From Azolla caroliniana (taxonomy: Eukaryota; Plantae; Polypodiophyta), in assembly GCA_043228905.1 (NCBI GenBank), contig JBHGNT010000008.1, forward strand, positions 12,214,001 to 12,278,000: a stretch of 64,000 bases of DNA. Direction: 5' to 3'. Below, piece by piece: positions 1-13,610 of this stretch. The position numbers and the translations under genes were made by a program. The first letter of the stretch is position 1; each line of letters opens with the position of its first letter. The notes under the pieces were generated by a model that worked only from the letters and a program-made list of their open reading frames with translations, was not told the DNA's origin and did no database searches.

Positions 1-1022
1 GTCGCTAGGTAGTTTCTGATGATATGTTTTGTTCCGAATTCATTCGGGATACCACCATTAGCAATATAAGAGGATCCAACAATCAATCAATCAATCGCAT
101 GCGGGGAACAAGGGCACTTGAGGGATCCTCGGCGGGACCTAGGAGAACATGTAGCGTTGGGTTGGGGTTCAGTGAACCAACTAAGGTCGCTCCTTTAGTT
201 GAAGTATTGGGCTTCTTTGCACCCTCCTGTTGTCCTTGTTGGGTTACACTCTCTCTCGAGACCCTCCTCCAAGTATATTTCTTTCGCTCTACTTCTTTTA
301 ATCTTAAATTTATGCCAAGGACTCTTTCCGCTGCCATGGAATGAGACCAGGAGAATCTCTATCCCAGCTAGTGAGATGTCACACATCGGAAATTAAGGCA
401 TAGCTCATCGCCATCGCTGCCTATATCAATAGTTGGCCAGTCATACCTATCATCCCCGAAATGTCCCTTATATCGTGGGTGGGAGTCGATGTTTAATTTC
501 TTCTCGGGTGTGGACCAAAGGAAGAAAGTTGAGCAGAGCTTGATCCCCGATTCAATTCATCAGTGATTGACCACAATAGAAAGAAGAGATAGGGGCTTTA
601 TATTCATCTATTTTTAGATGGGCGGGAACACTTAACGATCTATGCAATTGATCGTATGGTAGGTCACAAACTGGGAGAATTTGCAAACTCAATAAAACGG
701 AAACTAGTACCGTATAATAGTGGCCACAAACTTGATAGTCTAGACCAATTTGAAGAGTCATTAATACTAGCTAAAAAAATTGAGTTTGACGTGCCCTGAT
801 CAGGTAACAATGACTCTATTGATGGAGAAGAGAACAACTATGGTGTGGCCTTCTCCAACCAAGAGGCACACCAAAATGAAAATATTTCACTTGTGCCCGT
901 TAGTTGACCGTGTTTCTAGCTAACGTTCCTTGTCATTGCGAACGACACCCTATTCATTCGTTCGTTCGTTCGTTCGATCGGGGAATAAATCGCCCGCCCT
1001 TCATGCTGAATCCGCGTAGTCG

Positions 1023-1990
1023 GTGATGCTCCCTAACTGGTGGGCTTCACAAACTTGGCCCTTTCGGCAACCCGAAAACGATCTTTTTCGTTTGCATCTC
1101 CTGAAGCCACGGGAAGTTGACGTGGATAAACTGCTTGTTCCGAAAGATGATGTCCAATTTGACTTTTTTCCCTTTGGCGAACATAGCGGTGCTAACGTTG
1201 TTGGTTTCGAGGATAAACATCCTCCCTTCTCGGTGCCCTTGCGCGATCATCTTGCCTTCTTCATCGATGAAGCACCCAAGATAAGTAAATCAAACTTTCA
1301 TGCAATGGTCAACAATTTGTTTGACCGACACCAAGTTCTTGGTGATTGTCAACACATGCAAGTTCCGATTCTTCCTCTAAGCCACGCCATTCTGTTGCGG
1401 CGTGTATCTGCAGGAGAATTCGCGTCGAATTCCTTCAATTTGCGGATACTAGAGAACTGGTTGAAAAAGTACTCTTTCCCGCCATCGAACCTTAGGGACT
1501 TGACCTTTCGGCCTATGTCCTGTTCGGCAAGGCTTTTCACCTTCAAGAAGTAAGAGAATATTTCGATTTTCTTCTCGATCAAGGACGCCCAAGTGTGTCG
1601 AGTGTAGTCATCAATGAAGGTTACAAAGTGACGACTTCCACCGATACTCACGTTCTACATTGGTCCCCATACATCCGAATGGATTAAATCGAGTTTGTTT
1701 CCGCACCAATTTCTTTCATTTGGGAACGGAAATCACTGATGCTTCCCTAACTGGCATGCTTCGTAGACTTGGCCCTTTCAGCCACTAAATTTTGGCAACC
1801 CGAAAATGATGTTTTTTGTCTCCACCTCTTAAAGCCGCGGGAAGTTGACGTGGCTGAACCGCTTGTTCCACAAGTCGATGTCCGATTCAACTTTTTTCCC
1901 TTTAGCGAATATGCGGCACCGACGTCGTTCATTTCGAGGATGAACATCTTCCCTTCTCGACGCACATGCGCGATCATCTTGCCTTCTTCT
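1023..1990 (-). pseudogene. Two head-to-tail Ty1/Copia GAG-pre-integrase/integrase fragments
   Basis: EEEGKMIAHVRREGKMFILE...DIDLWNKRFSHVN, then SRHFVTFIDDYTRHTW...LRFDGGKEY (1349-1990). The pre-integrase block then repeats (MIAQGHREGRMFILE, 1047-1340). Homologous to Copia A and D. Confidence 0.85.
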
Positions 1991-2029
1991 TCCACTTCCG
2001 CACACGTATTCTTTTTCATACATGAAGGG

Positions 2030-2736
2030 TGATAACTAAGGGAGCAACAAAGATTTCGGGGCTATAGCTAGCCCCACCCCTGCTCCTACCTAATGATGAG
2101 GTGGCAAGCCTGAATATTTGTACCAGAGGTCTAGACCATAATTACCCTATTGATGTTAGAGTCAAATAGAGTAATCACTATCAAGTTGCTAATCTCACTT
2201 ATTCTAATCTTGTAAACTCTCACTCGCCTCTCTCAAAAGCACTAACCTAACTAACTTAAATCTGAAGTTGTTACGGGTATGACCATAATTTATCACGTCG
2301 TATAGTTTGTACTGTAATATTCTACGTACGAGGATAAAAGTGTGAGGATTAACAAAGAGTGTAAAGAAGGGAGGATTATTTTCAAACCTAGGGATTGAGA
2401 CAATCCATAAGGGCCAAGTGTGAACTTGCCTAGGGCCTCAAGGCCTCAGGTCTAGCTATAAATATGAGGACTAACTATCCTCATTAGAGACATTATTAGA
2501 CTACGTCGAGATTTGTGATATTGTGGTGAACAAACTCTTGTGGCGAGGGTGTGCCAGTACTAGGTACGACTCGATGCCATAGCAGTGGTATGGGACATCG
2601 TTCAACTCTCAAGCCCATCTCGATCCCTTCGGTCAGGTTGGTCGGGTGGATCAACACCCTTCTTTGTGTCTCTTTCTCTTTATTATCTATCATCTATTTC
2701 CTTATTTTGTGCTTACATTAGAAATAATCTCTAACA
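2030..2736 (+). mobile_element. Putative solo LTR
   Basis: TG...CA ends, TATA-like GCTATAAATA at ~2456, flanks AAGGG/TAGGG (4/5 TSD match). No second copy in the window. Confidence 0.4.
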
Positions 2737-3989
2737 TAGGGTGTCATAGTGACTTTCTAATGTTTCTTTGTTGATGTTAATTCTTTCGGATGGTGATTGA
2801 TCGATGTTCGTTTGACCGTTGATCCAGAAAATCATCAAAAAAGGAACTTTGATATTTCTTTTTTTATTTTATTCTTTCTTCTCCCATTCTCAATCATGTT
2901 TAAGTTGATATGTTGAAATGTAAATCATTCAATTATGTTGTATTGGTCATGTGTTGTGCATATAAAACATACACACATTATGCATTCATATGAGTTTTAT
3001 ACATTATTACGTTTGATATGAGGTCAATACCTCTGAATTGTGATGTGTGTGATATGCGATGTTTTGCGTATACATAAGAGGTCAATACCTCAATTGTGCA
3101 TTACGTTCACTCTTATTTTTTGGATTTTGTGTGTGCATAGAGGTGACATGCCTCGATTATGTATCTCCATTACATCATTCGTAACTTGGTTTATGTTTTG
3201 TTAACGATGCTTTTATATATAGATATGTGAGCACATGTATACATATATGATCGTATACATGTCTTACACATATAATGTATATATTTGGAATTTGTTACGT
3301 GATATTGGTATGTCGGATGGTGTCCTTTTCAGGGTAAGGATCATGGTAGCCGTCTTCACATTTTTTGTCGAGAAGGTGTAGTCATCATCCTTTTTTTACA
3401 ATCTTTTTAATATTCCCCTTGGTCACCTTAATTCTACCATATGTAAAAATTAAACAACCATGGCCACAATGATGTCTGTGGGAATAAGGGCTTGAGATAC
3501 TTCGTACGAGGTCTTTCTTATGAAACCCACATCCAATATCTTGCACTCACTACATGATTACGGAGCCACCATAAGCCCATCATTATGAAAGGCATTCATA
3601 ATGCGTAAACATATGATAGGCCACATGGACCTACTACGAAAAAGAGGGCTAGTGCTAGCTGGACCATTAGGTTGCTCTTTATGGTATGCCATTGTAGTGA
3701 TGAGACTTGAGGTTGGGTAACATACCAACATAGTTTCCTAGTGAACGAGGTGAAAAAAAAGATTGTGGACACATATGTTTGAACGTTTTTAAAATAATAT
3801 ATGGGTACATATAGGCCTTTGAATATTTCTTATATGTATGAACAAATTAAGAATTTAATATGAGCAAGCCATTTGGTTATCTCAAGTGTTTAATGGCTTT
3901 GTTCTTGACGTTCTGAGTTCAAATATGACAAAGACCTTACCACATTATTGATACATACAACTATAAAATATGTTTAGACTTTAGGTTTA

Positions 3990-4560
3990 AGTGCATTTTT
4001 ATTAGAATCTTAAGTGCATTTCTATTAGAATCTTAATTATTGTTAAGAAAAAGTAAAGAGGAAAATAATGAGGAAAGGGTGTGCCAATCCACTCGACCTC
4101 TCCCTAGCTAAGGTGAGACGAATCAAAGAACCCTTGTACCTCCTCATACGAAAATTAATCATTCCTTGGGTTTGAAGGTGTCACCTGTGAAGCTAGAGCT
4201 TTGCCACACTATTAGAGTTTCTATCTCACAACATAAAAAACAAGAGTTGTCCCTTTATGAAGGTAGCTAGCCTTCTTATATAGGCTCAAACCCTAGGTGC
4301 TTGGGTGTGTTTCCCATTTGCTTGCTTCTTTTATAAAAAGTAAATGAGTGATGAAACACAAAACGTTATCTCCCACTGTAGAATTGAGATAACTCAATCC
4401 TCACCCTTCATCCTTACAAATTAGCCCACAATTATGGTTACGGTAACATACTCCCCTCCTCTAAAAGACTGCAACACTCTTGCAATGAAAAGTCAAGGAA
4501 AGGTCAGAAAAAGCGTAGGGCTAATTCAGCAAACTCACCCATAGATAATGTCATAGAGTC
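3990..4560 (-). mobile_element. Gypsy 3' end (integrase tail, PPT, LTR), inverted relative to Gypsy J
   Basis: Reverse complement matches 22340-22845: AGGAGGGGAGTA|TGTTAC (LTR starts at 4448) and AGCCTATATAAGAAGGCTAGCTACCT are shared. Outer limits approximate. Confidence 0.75.
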
Positions 4561-4599
4561 ATGAGGCACACGTAAAAAACTTTCTGTCCAAGAAGAAAT

Positions 4600-6233
4600 G
4601 CATGGGTGTTGCCGATGTTAGTCAGCATAAAAGCGAACTCTACCTTGAGCCGTTTTTATATTATCCCGAGTTGTATTTGTTAACCTTAAAAAATTTAATG
4701 AGCATGTCGAGAGTATAAGGTTTATGGATGGATCAGAGTATTTCGAAGGAAATAATAGAGTCCATGAAGTCATCTTTACACTTAGTGAAACAGATGGGTC
4801 ACATACGTTATAGTAAATCACCTTGGGGTGCACTAGTCCTTCTGGTAAAGGAAAAGGATGGATTTTGACGACTATGTATTTACTATCACCGTCTGAATCA
4901 AGTCAAAATAAGAAAGAGTTATCTTTTGTCTTGAGGAGATGATTTGATAGATTGCCTACAAGGAGCTAAATACTTTTCAAATTTCAAATTTGAGAACTAG
5001 TTATCACCATATTCAAATTTCTGAAAATGATATTCCAAAAATAGCATTTCGTACACATTACGGCCATTACAAGTTTCTTGTTATGCCTTTTGGTTTAACT
5101 AAAGCTCTGATTACATTCGAACAAGAAATATATGATATGTTTTGGGATCGTCTCGAACAATTTATCATTGTATTCTTGGATGATATTCTTATTTATCCTG
5201 ACTAGATTTGCTTCCTCAAGCAACTCTGGACCAACCTAGTCAGTGTCGTGCTGGGACTAGACATTGAGATTACATTAGATGAACATGGTAATCACATCCT
5301 TCTTGTCCTTCAAACATTATGTGACAAACAATTTTATGCCAAGATATTGAAATGTTAGTTTTCAAGAAGTGGATTATGTTTGATCCTTCTCGAATAGAGA
5401 AAGTCAAACTATGACCTACTCCTTGAATGGTTAGAGAGGTATGGTCATTTTTTGGTTTAGAGATGAAAATCTATTCACAAACATTTTAAAACGTTAAATG
5501 CATAGGTCTCCATAACCAATCCCTTGGAATGATCATCTAGATGAGTCATTTAGAGCACACAAAGAACATGTGTGCCAGGTTCATTCACTTCGTTTACCAG
5601 ACCCATTTAAACATGCACTTAATTCATGGAGACATTACCTATTGGAAATTGTTTTATGGTAACTACTAACCACTAGTTCTTGAAATATTTTTGTGACCAA
5701 CGAGAAATCCTGTGTCATAAGGAATGACGGCATCCTGAGGTACATTGTACACTTTTTCTTATCTCTACTGAATTATTTGGGCCTAAAATGTGTCCCGATG
5801 TAGAAGATTATGTGATTAAATCAACGTCAAGTTAACAAGGCTCAATAGTTTAAGGTTACAAACCTTTTACATCCTTTCAATATTCTTAATAAAAAGTGGG
5901 GAAATATATCCATGGATTTTGTTGTTAGTTTACCACGCATTCAAAAAGTTCATGATGCCATTTGGGTGGTCGTTGATAGATTAACGATGATTGCAAGATT
6001 CATTCCAAAGAAATCCATGATGACAGCTCAGGACTTCGCTTACCAAAATGGGTTGTTATTATTTTTGGATATAGTGGTTTTTGGATGCCAGTCTTTAGGA
6101 AATAGAAACTACTTTGAGATTGAGGTTGGTAGACCGCCCTCAATCTGATGGATAAATAGAACGAGTTAATCAAATCATTGAGGATATGTTGTGAGGGTAT
6201 TTAGCTGAGAAGCCTACAAAATGGGAACAATAT
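4600..6233 (+). pseudogene. Gypsy J (chromovirus) degraded pol, left part: RT, RNase H, integrase
   Basis: YHHIQISENDIPKIAFRTHYGHYKFLVMPFGL...FLDDILIY (RT) and MDFVVSLPRIQKVHDAIWVVVDRLT (integrase). The frame KWEQY continues as FPILEFA at 21703 once Copia A is removed. Confidence 0.9.
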
Positions 6234-6633
6234 TGAAAAAGTGATTATGAGGAAACTAAGACACAACCGGCTCAACCGGATAGCACAAGAGAGAGAGAGA
6301 GACATAGTTAGAGTAGAACACACTCAATTCAAAATAATAACACTTTGTGTATACAGTGTGCTCAGTGAGCACTTTTATACACGTCCTTACACGGACTAAC
6401 AAAAGTACTAACAAGTACTTCAATGCTCATATGAGTGACTGACACTAACTACCAAAAATATGCCTATGTACTAGGCTAGATTCGTAGGCCTCTAACGGCC
6501 TACCGGTTACAATCTGATCCGACTAGTGGTTCCGGATACCATCTAGACACCGATCCAGTTCTTCATTCCGGACTCTGATCTGACTTTGGCTTATTCAGCC
6601 GATCCGGATCTGGTTGAGCTTGTCCGCTCTACA
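6234..6633 (-). repeat. Copia A 3' LTR
   Basis: TG...CA; direct repeat of 21262-21697; adjacent PPT. Confidence 0.9.
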
Positions 6634-8547
6634 CTCCCCCTCAAGCTCAACTTGAGGTCGGATTGCAGTGTCTGTGTCTGCCGGTCCTCTTCGCCGACTC
6701 CACCTAGCGTCTTCCCACTTGGCTCGTGCTCCACATCCGGTCCGATTCTGCTTCCCGAGACATATCCAGTTTTGCGTACATCGACCTTCTTGGTCGGCTT
6801 GTCTGCTCCTTCGGCCCTTATCTACTCCCTTGTTGTAACGGTGATGGTGCCCCTCAACCTCTTGGCTCCTCCGTCTCGACGTCGGCTTCGGTTGCCTTTT
6901 CATCCGCTTCGCCTCCAATTGATTTGGCTCCCCTGACTCAAACTCCTCTTAAGAATCGGTTGCCTCTGATTCGTTACAGCTCTTGTCTGAATTGGCTGTC
7001 TCCAATTCATTTTCAACCTCCAGACCCTTCACGACATCAGCCCATGTCCGTGTCTCGGTCTTTCCGGCTTTGCCTCCCCACTTTTCGGTTGTCTTTGGCC
7101 TAGGTTTTCCATTCCGGTGGCTCCCCCTATGTCCGGTCTTGGCTTCTTCAGTCGTCCCCTCCAACTTCTTCAATCGGGCCAACGTTGAAATCAGTTTTTG
7201 ACTCGGCTTTTCGGTTGTCTTTCTCATTCCTCCCCCTCAAGTTCAGCATATCGAGGTACTACACACCAAGTGCACTGGAAAATTGCCACAACTTGTCTAA
7301 GCCAAGGGGTTTTGTGAAGATGTTGGCCACTTGCCGATCTGTAAGAACATGCAAGAGTTCCACTTCACCGAAGAGAACACACTCACGGACAAAATGGTAG
7401 TGCACCTCAATGTGCTTGGTCCGGGTGTGAAAGACGGGGTTCTTTGCCAATTGGATGTTGATGAGGTTGTCGCAATAGATTGTCGTCAGATAGACATCTC
7501 CACTCGCAGATACTTCAGAAGTCTCTTGAGCCATATGGCTTCGCATGTCACCAGAGCTACTCCTCGGTACTTGGCCTTGGTGCTTGACAATGGTACTATC
7601 GGTTTCTTCTTACTGCTCCAAGCGACCGCGGCACTTCCAAGTGAATACGCATGTCCGGATGTACACATGCAGTCGCCGTCATTTCCGGCCCAAATCCGTG
7701 TAGCTGACAAGTTGTCCGGCTACACTGCTCTGATACAGCAACCCCCTATCCTTAGTGCCCCTAACATACCTAAGTATTCGGTGCGCACACTAAAGGTGCT
7801 CCACAGTCGGATGCACCATGAATTGACTAATCAATCCAACCGGATAGCTGAGATCCGGTCGTGTGATGGTCAGATAGGCTTCCAACTATCTGTCGAAACC
7901 TTTTCGGGTCGCATGTCGTTCCAGAGCCGGGGCGAAGCTTCACAGTTCGGTCCACAGGAGTCGAGATGGATTTGCATTCCGTCATACCGAATTTGAAGAG
8001 CATACTCAACACATAATGCCATTGGCTGATCAATATTCCTTTGGGGTTGTGGATCACTTCATTATCGAGGAAGTAATGAAGGTTTCCTAGATGCCACCCC
8101 TTCGTCGCTGCCACCGCAAGCAAGACACAACCGGTCGTCATCTTTGCCACCGGCGCGAATGTCTCATCGTAGTCAATGTCGTGCTAGTGCGCATAGCCCT
8201 TTGCCACTAACCAAGCCTGGTACCTATTGACGGAGCCGTCAGTGCTATATTTAACCTTGTATACCCACCGATAACCGATCAGCTTCACTCTTTTCGGTAC
8301 ATCCACTAAATCCCATATCTCATTTTCCATGAGTGTGTGCATCTCTTCTTCCATGGCCGTCTGCCAGTTTGGATCCTTAGCCGCTTCCGTGTAGCTCTCC
8401 GGCTCACGCACGGTTGCCACCTTCACCATGTACACATAATGATGCGCCATATCCTCATTTTACCTGTACCTCTTCACAGGGTTTTTCTGGCAGGTGGATC
8501 AGTGCAATTCCCGATTCGCCGATTTCACAGGCCTCTTGGCCAACGCG

Positions 8548-8956
8548 TGTTGAGAAACAAGCTCAACAAAGGTATGTGATGCATGTTGGTAAGTGAGATC
8601 TTCTATAGTAGCTATTAGCTAATTGGCTACTAGTGGACATAAAGGTGAAACAACTATTTAGCTATGCACAACTAGTTAGCTACTCACAACTAATTAGCTG
8701 CATATATAAGTCACTTATAACTTAGGTAAAAAGTAAGAGTAGTAAGTTGTAGTGTGAGTAGAGAAGAAAAAGAACAAAAAAATAGAAAACTAACGAGAGC
8801 GAGTTGACCTCTGCGTGTAATGAAATAGATGAAGCGTTTTGGTTTGCTACACAGAGGTAAGTCTCCTTCCCTTTCCTTTTCTATCTTCAGCACTAAACGA
8901 TCCAGCACACCACGATCCGTTGCGCACAATAGAAGAGCCGAAGCACCTTCGTAACA
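8548..8956 (+). repeat. Copia B 5' LTR
   Basis: TGTTGAGAAAC...CGTAACA, repeated at 17699-18111. Confidence 0.93.
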
Positions 8957-9078
8957 TGGTATCAAAGCAGAGTTGCTCGTACAGAAGATTAGAGCAATAC
9001 AGATCTGAGAAGTTTGGTTCTGATTGTTGATCTGAATCAGAGAGTTGTTTGTGAAGTTAATCATAGCAAAAGCCCTAA

Positions 9079-11136
9079 TTGAAAGAGATAATGGCTATTG
9101 GGAATGGAAGTCAAATAGTCACAGAAAAGCTGGATAAAAACAATTTCCCTGCGTGGAAATTTAGAATGACAAATTTCCTGATGGGAAAAGGATATTGGGA
9201 CTACATTGAAGGAGACCTAGAAGAGGCTCCTGAGATCCCTAAGGAAAATGCAATTGTTGCACAGATTAAAGAATTTAAGGAATGGAATCAAGGGGCAAGG
9301 AAAGTATTGCATTGGTTGTCACTTACCATCTCAGATTCGATGCTTGGACACATACAAGATGCTTTGCTTCCAAAAGAAGCTTGGGACAGTTTGGTAAAAC
9401 TATATGCAGTAAACACAAAGGCGAGAAAGCTTCAGTTGAAGACTGAGCTAAATACCTTGGAAAAAGGTAAGAAGTCAATTAATGTGTATGCTTTGAAAAT
9501 AAAGAGCATATGTAAGTCACTTGCTTCTATCAATGTGAAGGTAGAAGATGATGATAAGGTGGAAATATGCTTAAGAGGCTTAGGACCTCAATATAAAAGC
9601 TTCAAAACATCTATTCTCACAATGGATGGTATCCCAAGTTTTCCAGATCTAATTTCAATGCTTGTAGTGGAAGAAAGAAATCAGATGGATGATGTAAACA
9701 AAGGAAACTCTAAGACTGAGGGGCAAGCCCTCTACAATAGTGCTAGAAGAGGCCAAGGAAGAGGCCATGGAAGATTTGGTTCAGCTAGAACCAACAATAA
9801 TTATCAAGGAAGAGGACAACAAGCTACAAGTGGAAGAAACAACATCAGAGGCAGGGGGAGCAATCGAGGTAGAGGTAAGCAAACCTATTTGAATGATGAT
9901 GGTTGTTGGTATTGTGGAAAACTAGGCCATACACAGGCTTAATGCTATAAAAAGCAAAATGATGAAAACAAAGGGAAGAGACAACAAAATAATTATGTTG
10001 AACCAATGAAGATTGTGATAAAGATGGTGCATTTGTGATGCAACATGAAACAACAGCAATGGTTGAATGTTCAAAAAGATGCAATGAAGATTATATGTGG
10101 TATGTAGATTCTGGGGCATCTAACCATATGACTAGACATGCAAATTGGTTTGAAAATCTAAGTGAACCAGAGATTCCTGGTTATGTACAGACGGGTGATA
10201 ATACTACTCACACAATCGAGCATGTCGGAGATATCCCATTGTGGGAAGAAAAAGGAAAAACGAAGTATATGCTGAATGTTATGCATGTCCCAAACCTTGC
10301 AAAAAATCTGATTTCTGTTGGACAGATAGTAGAGCAAGGAATGCAAGTTAAGTTTAAGGAAAGTGGATGCTTTATAGAGAAACAGGGAAAGCTTATTGCA
10401 AAAGGAAAACATCAAGGAAGAATGTTTGTGTTAGATGTGGATATGCCAAAAAAGATTACAACCATGTCTGTAGAAGGAATGAGTGTAATCTCAGATGTGG
10501 AAATGTGGCATAAAAGAATCGGTCACGTAAGTATGCAAACCTTGAAAAATATGTTCAGGAAAAATGCAGTGGCTAGACTACCTAAGTTGAAAGACTATGA
10601 GATGGGCAAAATATGTGAAGCATGTCAATATGGAAAGCAAAACAGGTTACCTTTCCCTCATGAAATTCATGTAAGCAAAAATTTGTTGGATTTGGTACAT
10701 ATAGATGTATGGGAACCAACAAAAAATGCATCAATTAGTGGATGTAGGTTTTATGTAACATTTATTGATGATTGCTCAACGAAAAAATGGGTTTACTTCA
10801 TGAAAGAAAAATGTGAAGTATTTGATTGCTTTCGTAAGTTTAAATGCATGGTAGAAAAGCAGGCTGGAACTAGAATAAAATGTTTAAGATTTGATGGAGG
10901 AGAATACATCTCAAATAAATTTTCTGATTTTCTATGCAATCAAGGAATAAGGAGATAGTTTACATGTAGATATACTCCACTGAAAAATGGAGTTGCTGAG
11001 AGAAAAAACAGAACTCTTGTGAACATAGCAAGAGCCATGATGGCTGAAAAAAATATGTCATTGTATTACTGGGCAGAAGCTGTAAACACAGCAAACTTTA
11101 TTCTAAATAGATGTATAACATCTAGAGTACATGAAG
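9079..11136 (+). pseudogene. Copia B gag-protease-integrase (5' part)
   Basis: gag with CWYCGKLGH zinc knuckle, protease WYVDSGASNHMT, integrase LVHIDVW...FIDD...LRFDGGEY. In-frame stops at 9940 and 10956. Confidence 0.9.
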
Positions 11137-11432
11137 TGTTGAGAATCAAGCTCAACTTGGTCTAGTGTGTGAACTCACCTTGAGAGTGAATAGACACTCC
11201 AACAGTCAAGAGTCACCATTAAGTCACCTCTTTGTATTCTAGCATTTAGTATGAGTCATAGAATCATATTCTATGACACATAACTTTTGAGCTTTCACAT
11301 TCCCCATGCTCCATGAGCCTTGTAGTTAATGAAGAGAGAGGGTGACTACATAAAGCACCCTCCTCCCACCTTGTATAATCCTGAGTCTTTCTCCTTTGTT
11401 AATATACTTTTAACCTTGTGTATTCTCTGTGT

Positions 11433-11524
<92 letters not shown>

Positions 11525-13559
11525 TAACTCACATCTCTTCCGCTTCACAAGAATCCATCTCTTGATTCTTTACATGGTATCAGAGCGATTTGGTAGCTCG
11601 ATCTAGCCCATTCGCCTCATCGTGATCGTGTGTTGTGCTCTACGCCGATGACCAAGAACCGGCTCATAGCTATCGTAGCTTCGCTACATAGCTCGCATTC
11701 GAAGAGAGAAGAAGAAGAAGAAGAATCGACATAATGAATACTCAAATGGGGAGCGCTCTCCCTACTGAGAAGTTGGATCGAAACAACTTCGCATCTTGGG
11801 AGTACAAGATGCACCAATACCTTGTCGGACAAGGCTATTGGAGCTACATCAAAGGAGCGCATGAAGACCGACCCGCCGAAGCGGCTCCCAGATACACGAC
11901 ATGGGAGCAAGCCGCAAGCCGCGTGATGTATTGTTTGGCAACATGTGTTCACGACCACATGCTCAGTTACATTCAAAAAGCCAAGACGTCGAAGGAAGCG
12001 TGGGAAAATCTACGAAAGATTTTCGCTGCCAACACGACCGCGAGGAAGCTTCAACTCCGCCAAGAGTTGAACAACATTCAACAAAGGGACATGTCCATCA
12101 CGACATACACCTTGAAGATCAAGGAGCTTTGCGACTCGCTCGGCTCAATAAGCGTAAGTATAGATGATGATGAGATGGTGCAAATATGCCTCGGCGGCCT
12201 CACACGACGGTTCGGTGCGATGCGAACTGCCGTTCTAGCACGGGAGAAATCTCCCGCCTTTTTCGAGCTTTAATCAATGCTATTGGTCGAAGAAAACCAC
12301 GTGCGTACAAGGAGCAATGAGTCGGAAGGCCACATGCTCTACAAGCACTCTAATGGAGGAAGAGGACGCGGACGAGCGAGAGGCCGATTCGGCCAAGCAC
12401 AAAGCGGACGAGGTCCGACCTATGACAACAACTCCCAATTTCGGCCGCAAAACGGAGGCCAACGAGGAACCTTCGCAACAAGGGGGTGGATCGGCGGAGC
12501 TTTTCATTTGCAGAGATGATCCAACCACCCGGCTTCAGCTCGAGCACCCATCCGAATGTGGTTTGCCGACTCAAGAAGCCACTCTACGGCCTCAAGCAAG
12601 CACCGCGTGCTTGGCATTCGAAGATAACGCAATATCTTCATCAAATCGGCTTCCTTATGACAAAATCGGACAACTCCCTCTACATACGAAGCGATTCCGC
12701 AAGTCCGATCGTCATCATCTTATATGTGGATGACCTAGTCATTGGAGGTGAGCATCTTGTCGAAATCACTAAGGTCAAATCCCTCCTTTCCGAAAAGTTC
12801 GAGATGACTGACATGAAGGAGCTCCACTACTTCCTCGGCATCGAGGTAATTCGAACTCCGGCCGGAATCATGATCTCTCAACGGCACTACATCCTCAACT
12901 TATTATACAAGTTCGGGATGGCTGAGTGCAAATCTACGGCAACCCCGCTCGATCGCAATCTCAAACTAGATGCGAACTCCGGCACCAAAGCGTGTGAGCT
13001 GACTTAGTATCGGCAACTCATCGGGAGTCTCATCTACTTCACAATCACACGACCCGATCTCAGTTATCCAGTCGGTCTCCTTAGCCAATTCATGCAAACA
13101 CCGCGTGATACTCACTTGGATTGCGCTAAGCGAGTTCTACGATACGTGAGTGGCACAATGGATAGCGGCATCCTCTAGAAGACCGCGATGCCAATACGAC
13201 TCGAGGGGTACACCGACGCCGATTGGGCCGGCTACAAAGCCGATAGAGGATCAACCTCCGGATTTGTTTTCTCCCTCGGCAGCGGAGCAATATCTTGGAG
13301 TAGCAAGAAGCAGCCTACCGTCGCTCTTTCGAGTACGGAGGCAGAATATGACAGGAATGCACGACACAGAGGAGAGAAAAGAGTACACAGGATGTTTACG
13401 TGGAAAACCCAAATTAGGGAAAAAACCACGGCAGCCCACAGACTGCGAACTATCACTATATCACAAAGATTATAATAGTGAGCTCACGGAGGCAACGACC
13501 TCGTGCTCACGATCTTCGCCACAGGCGGAGGTTACAACAGAGGCAACGACCTCTTCGTT

Positions 13560-13610
<51 letters not shown>

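Noticed and set aside
24-760. Short ORFs at the window start
   Set aside because: No recognisable motif; probably decayed TE, but not supportable.
5198-5243. CTGACTAG...CTAGTCAG hairpin in Gypsy J as a MITE
   Set aside because: Too short and no TSD found.
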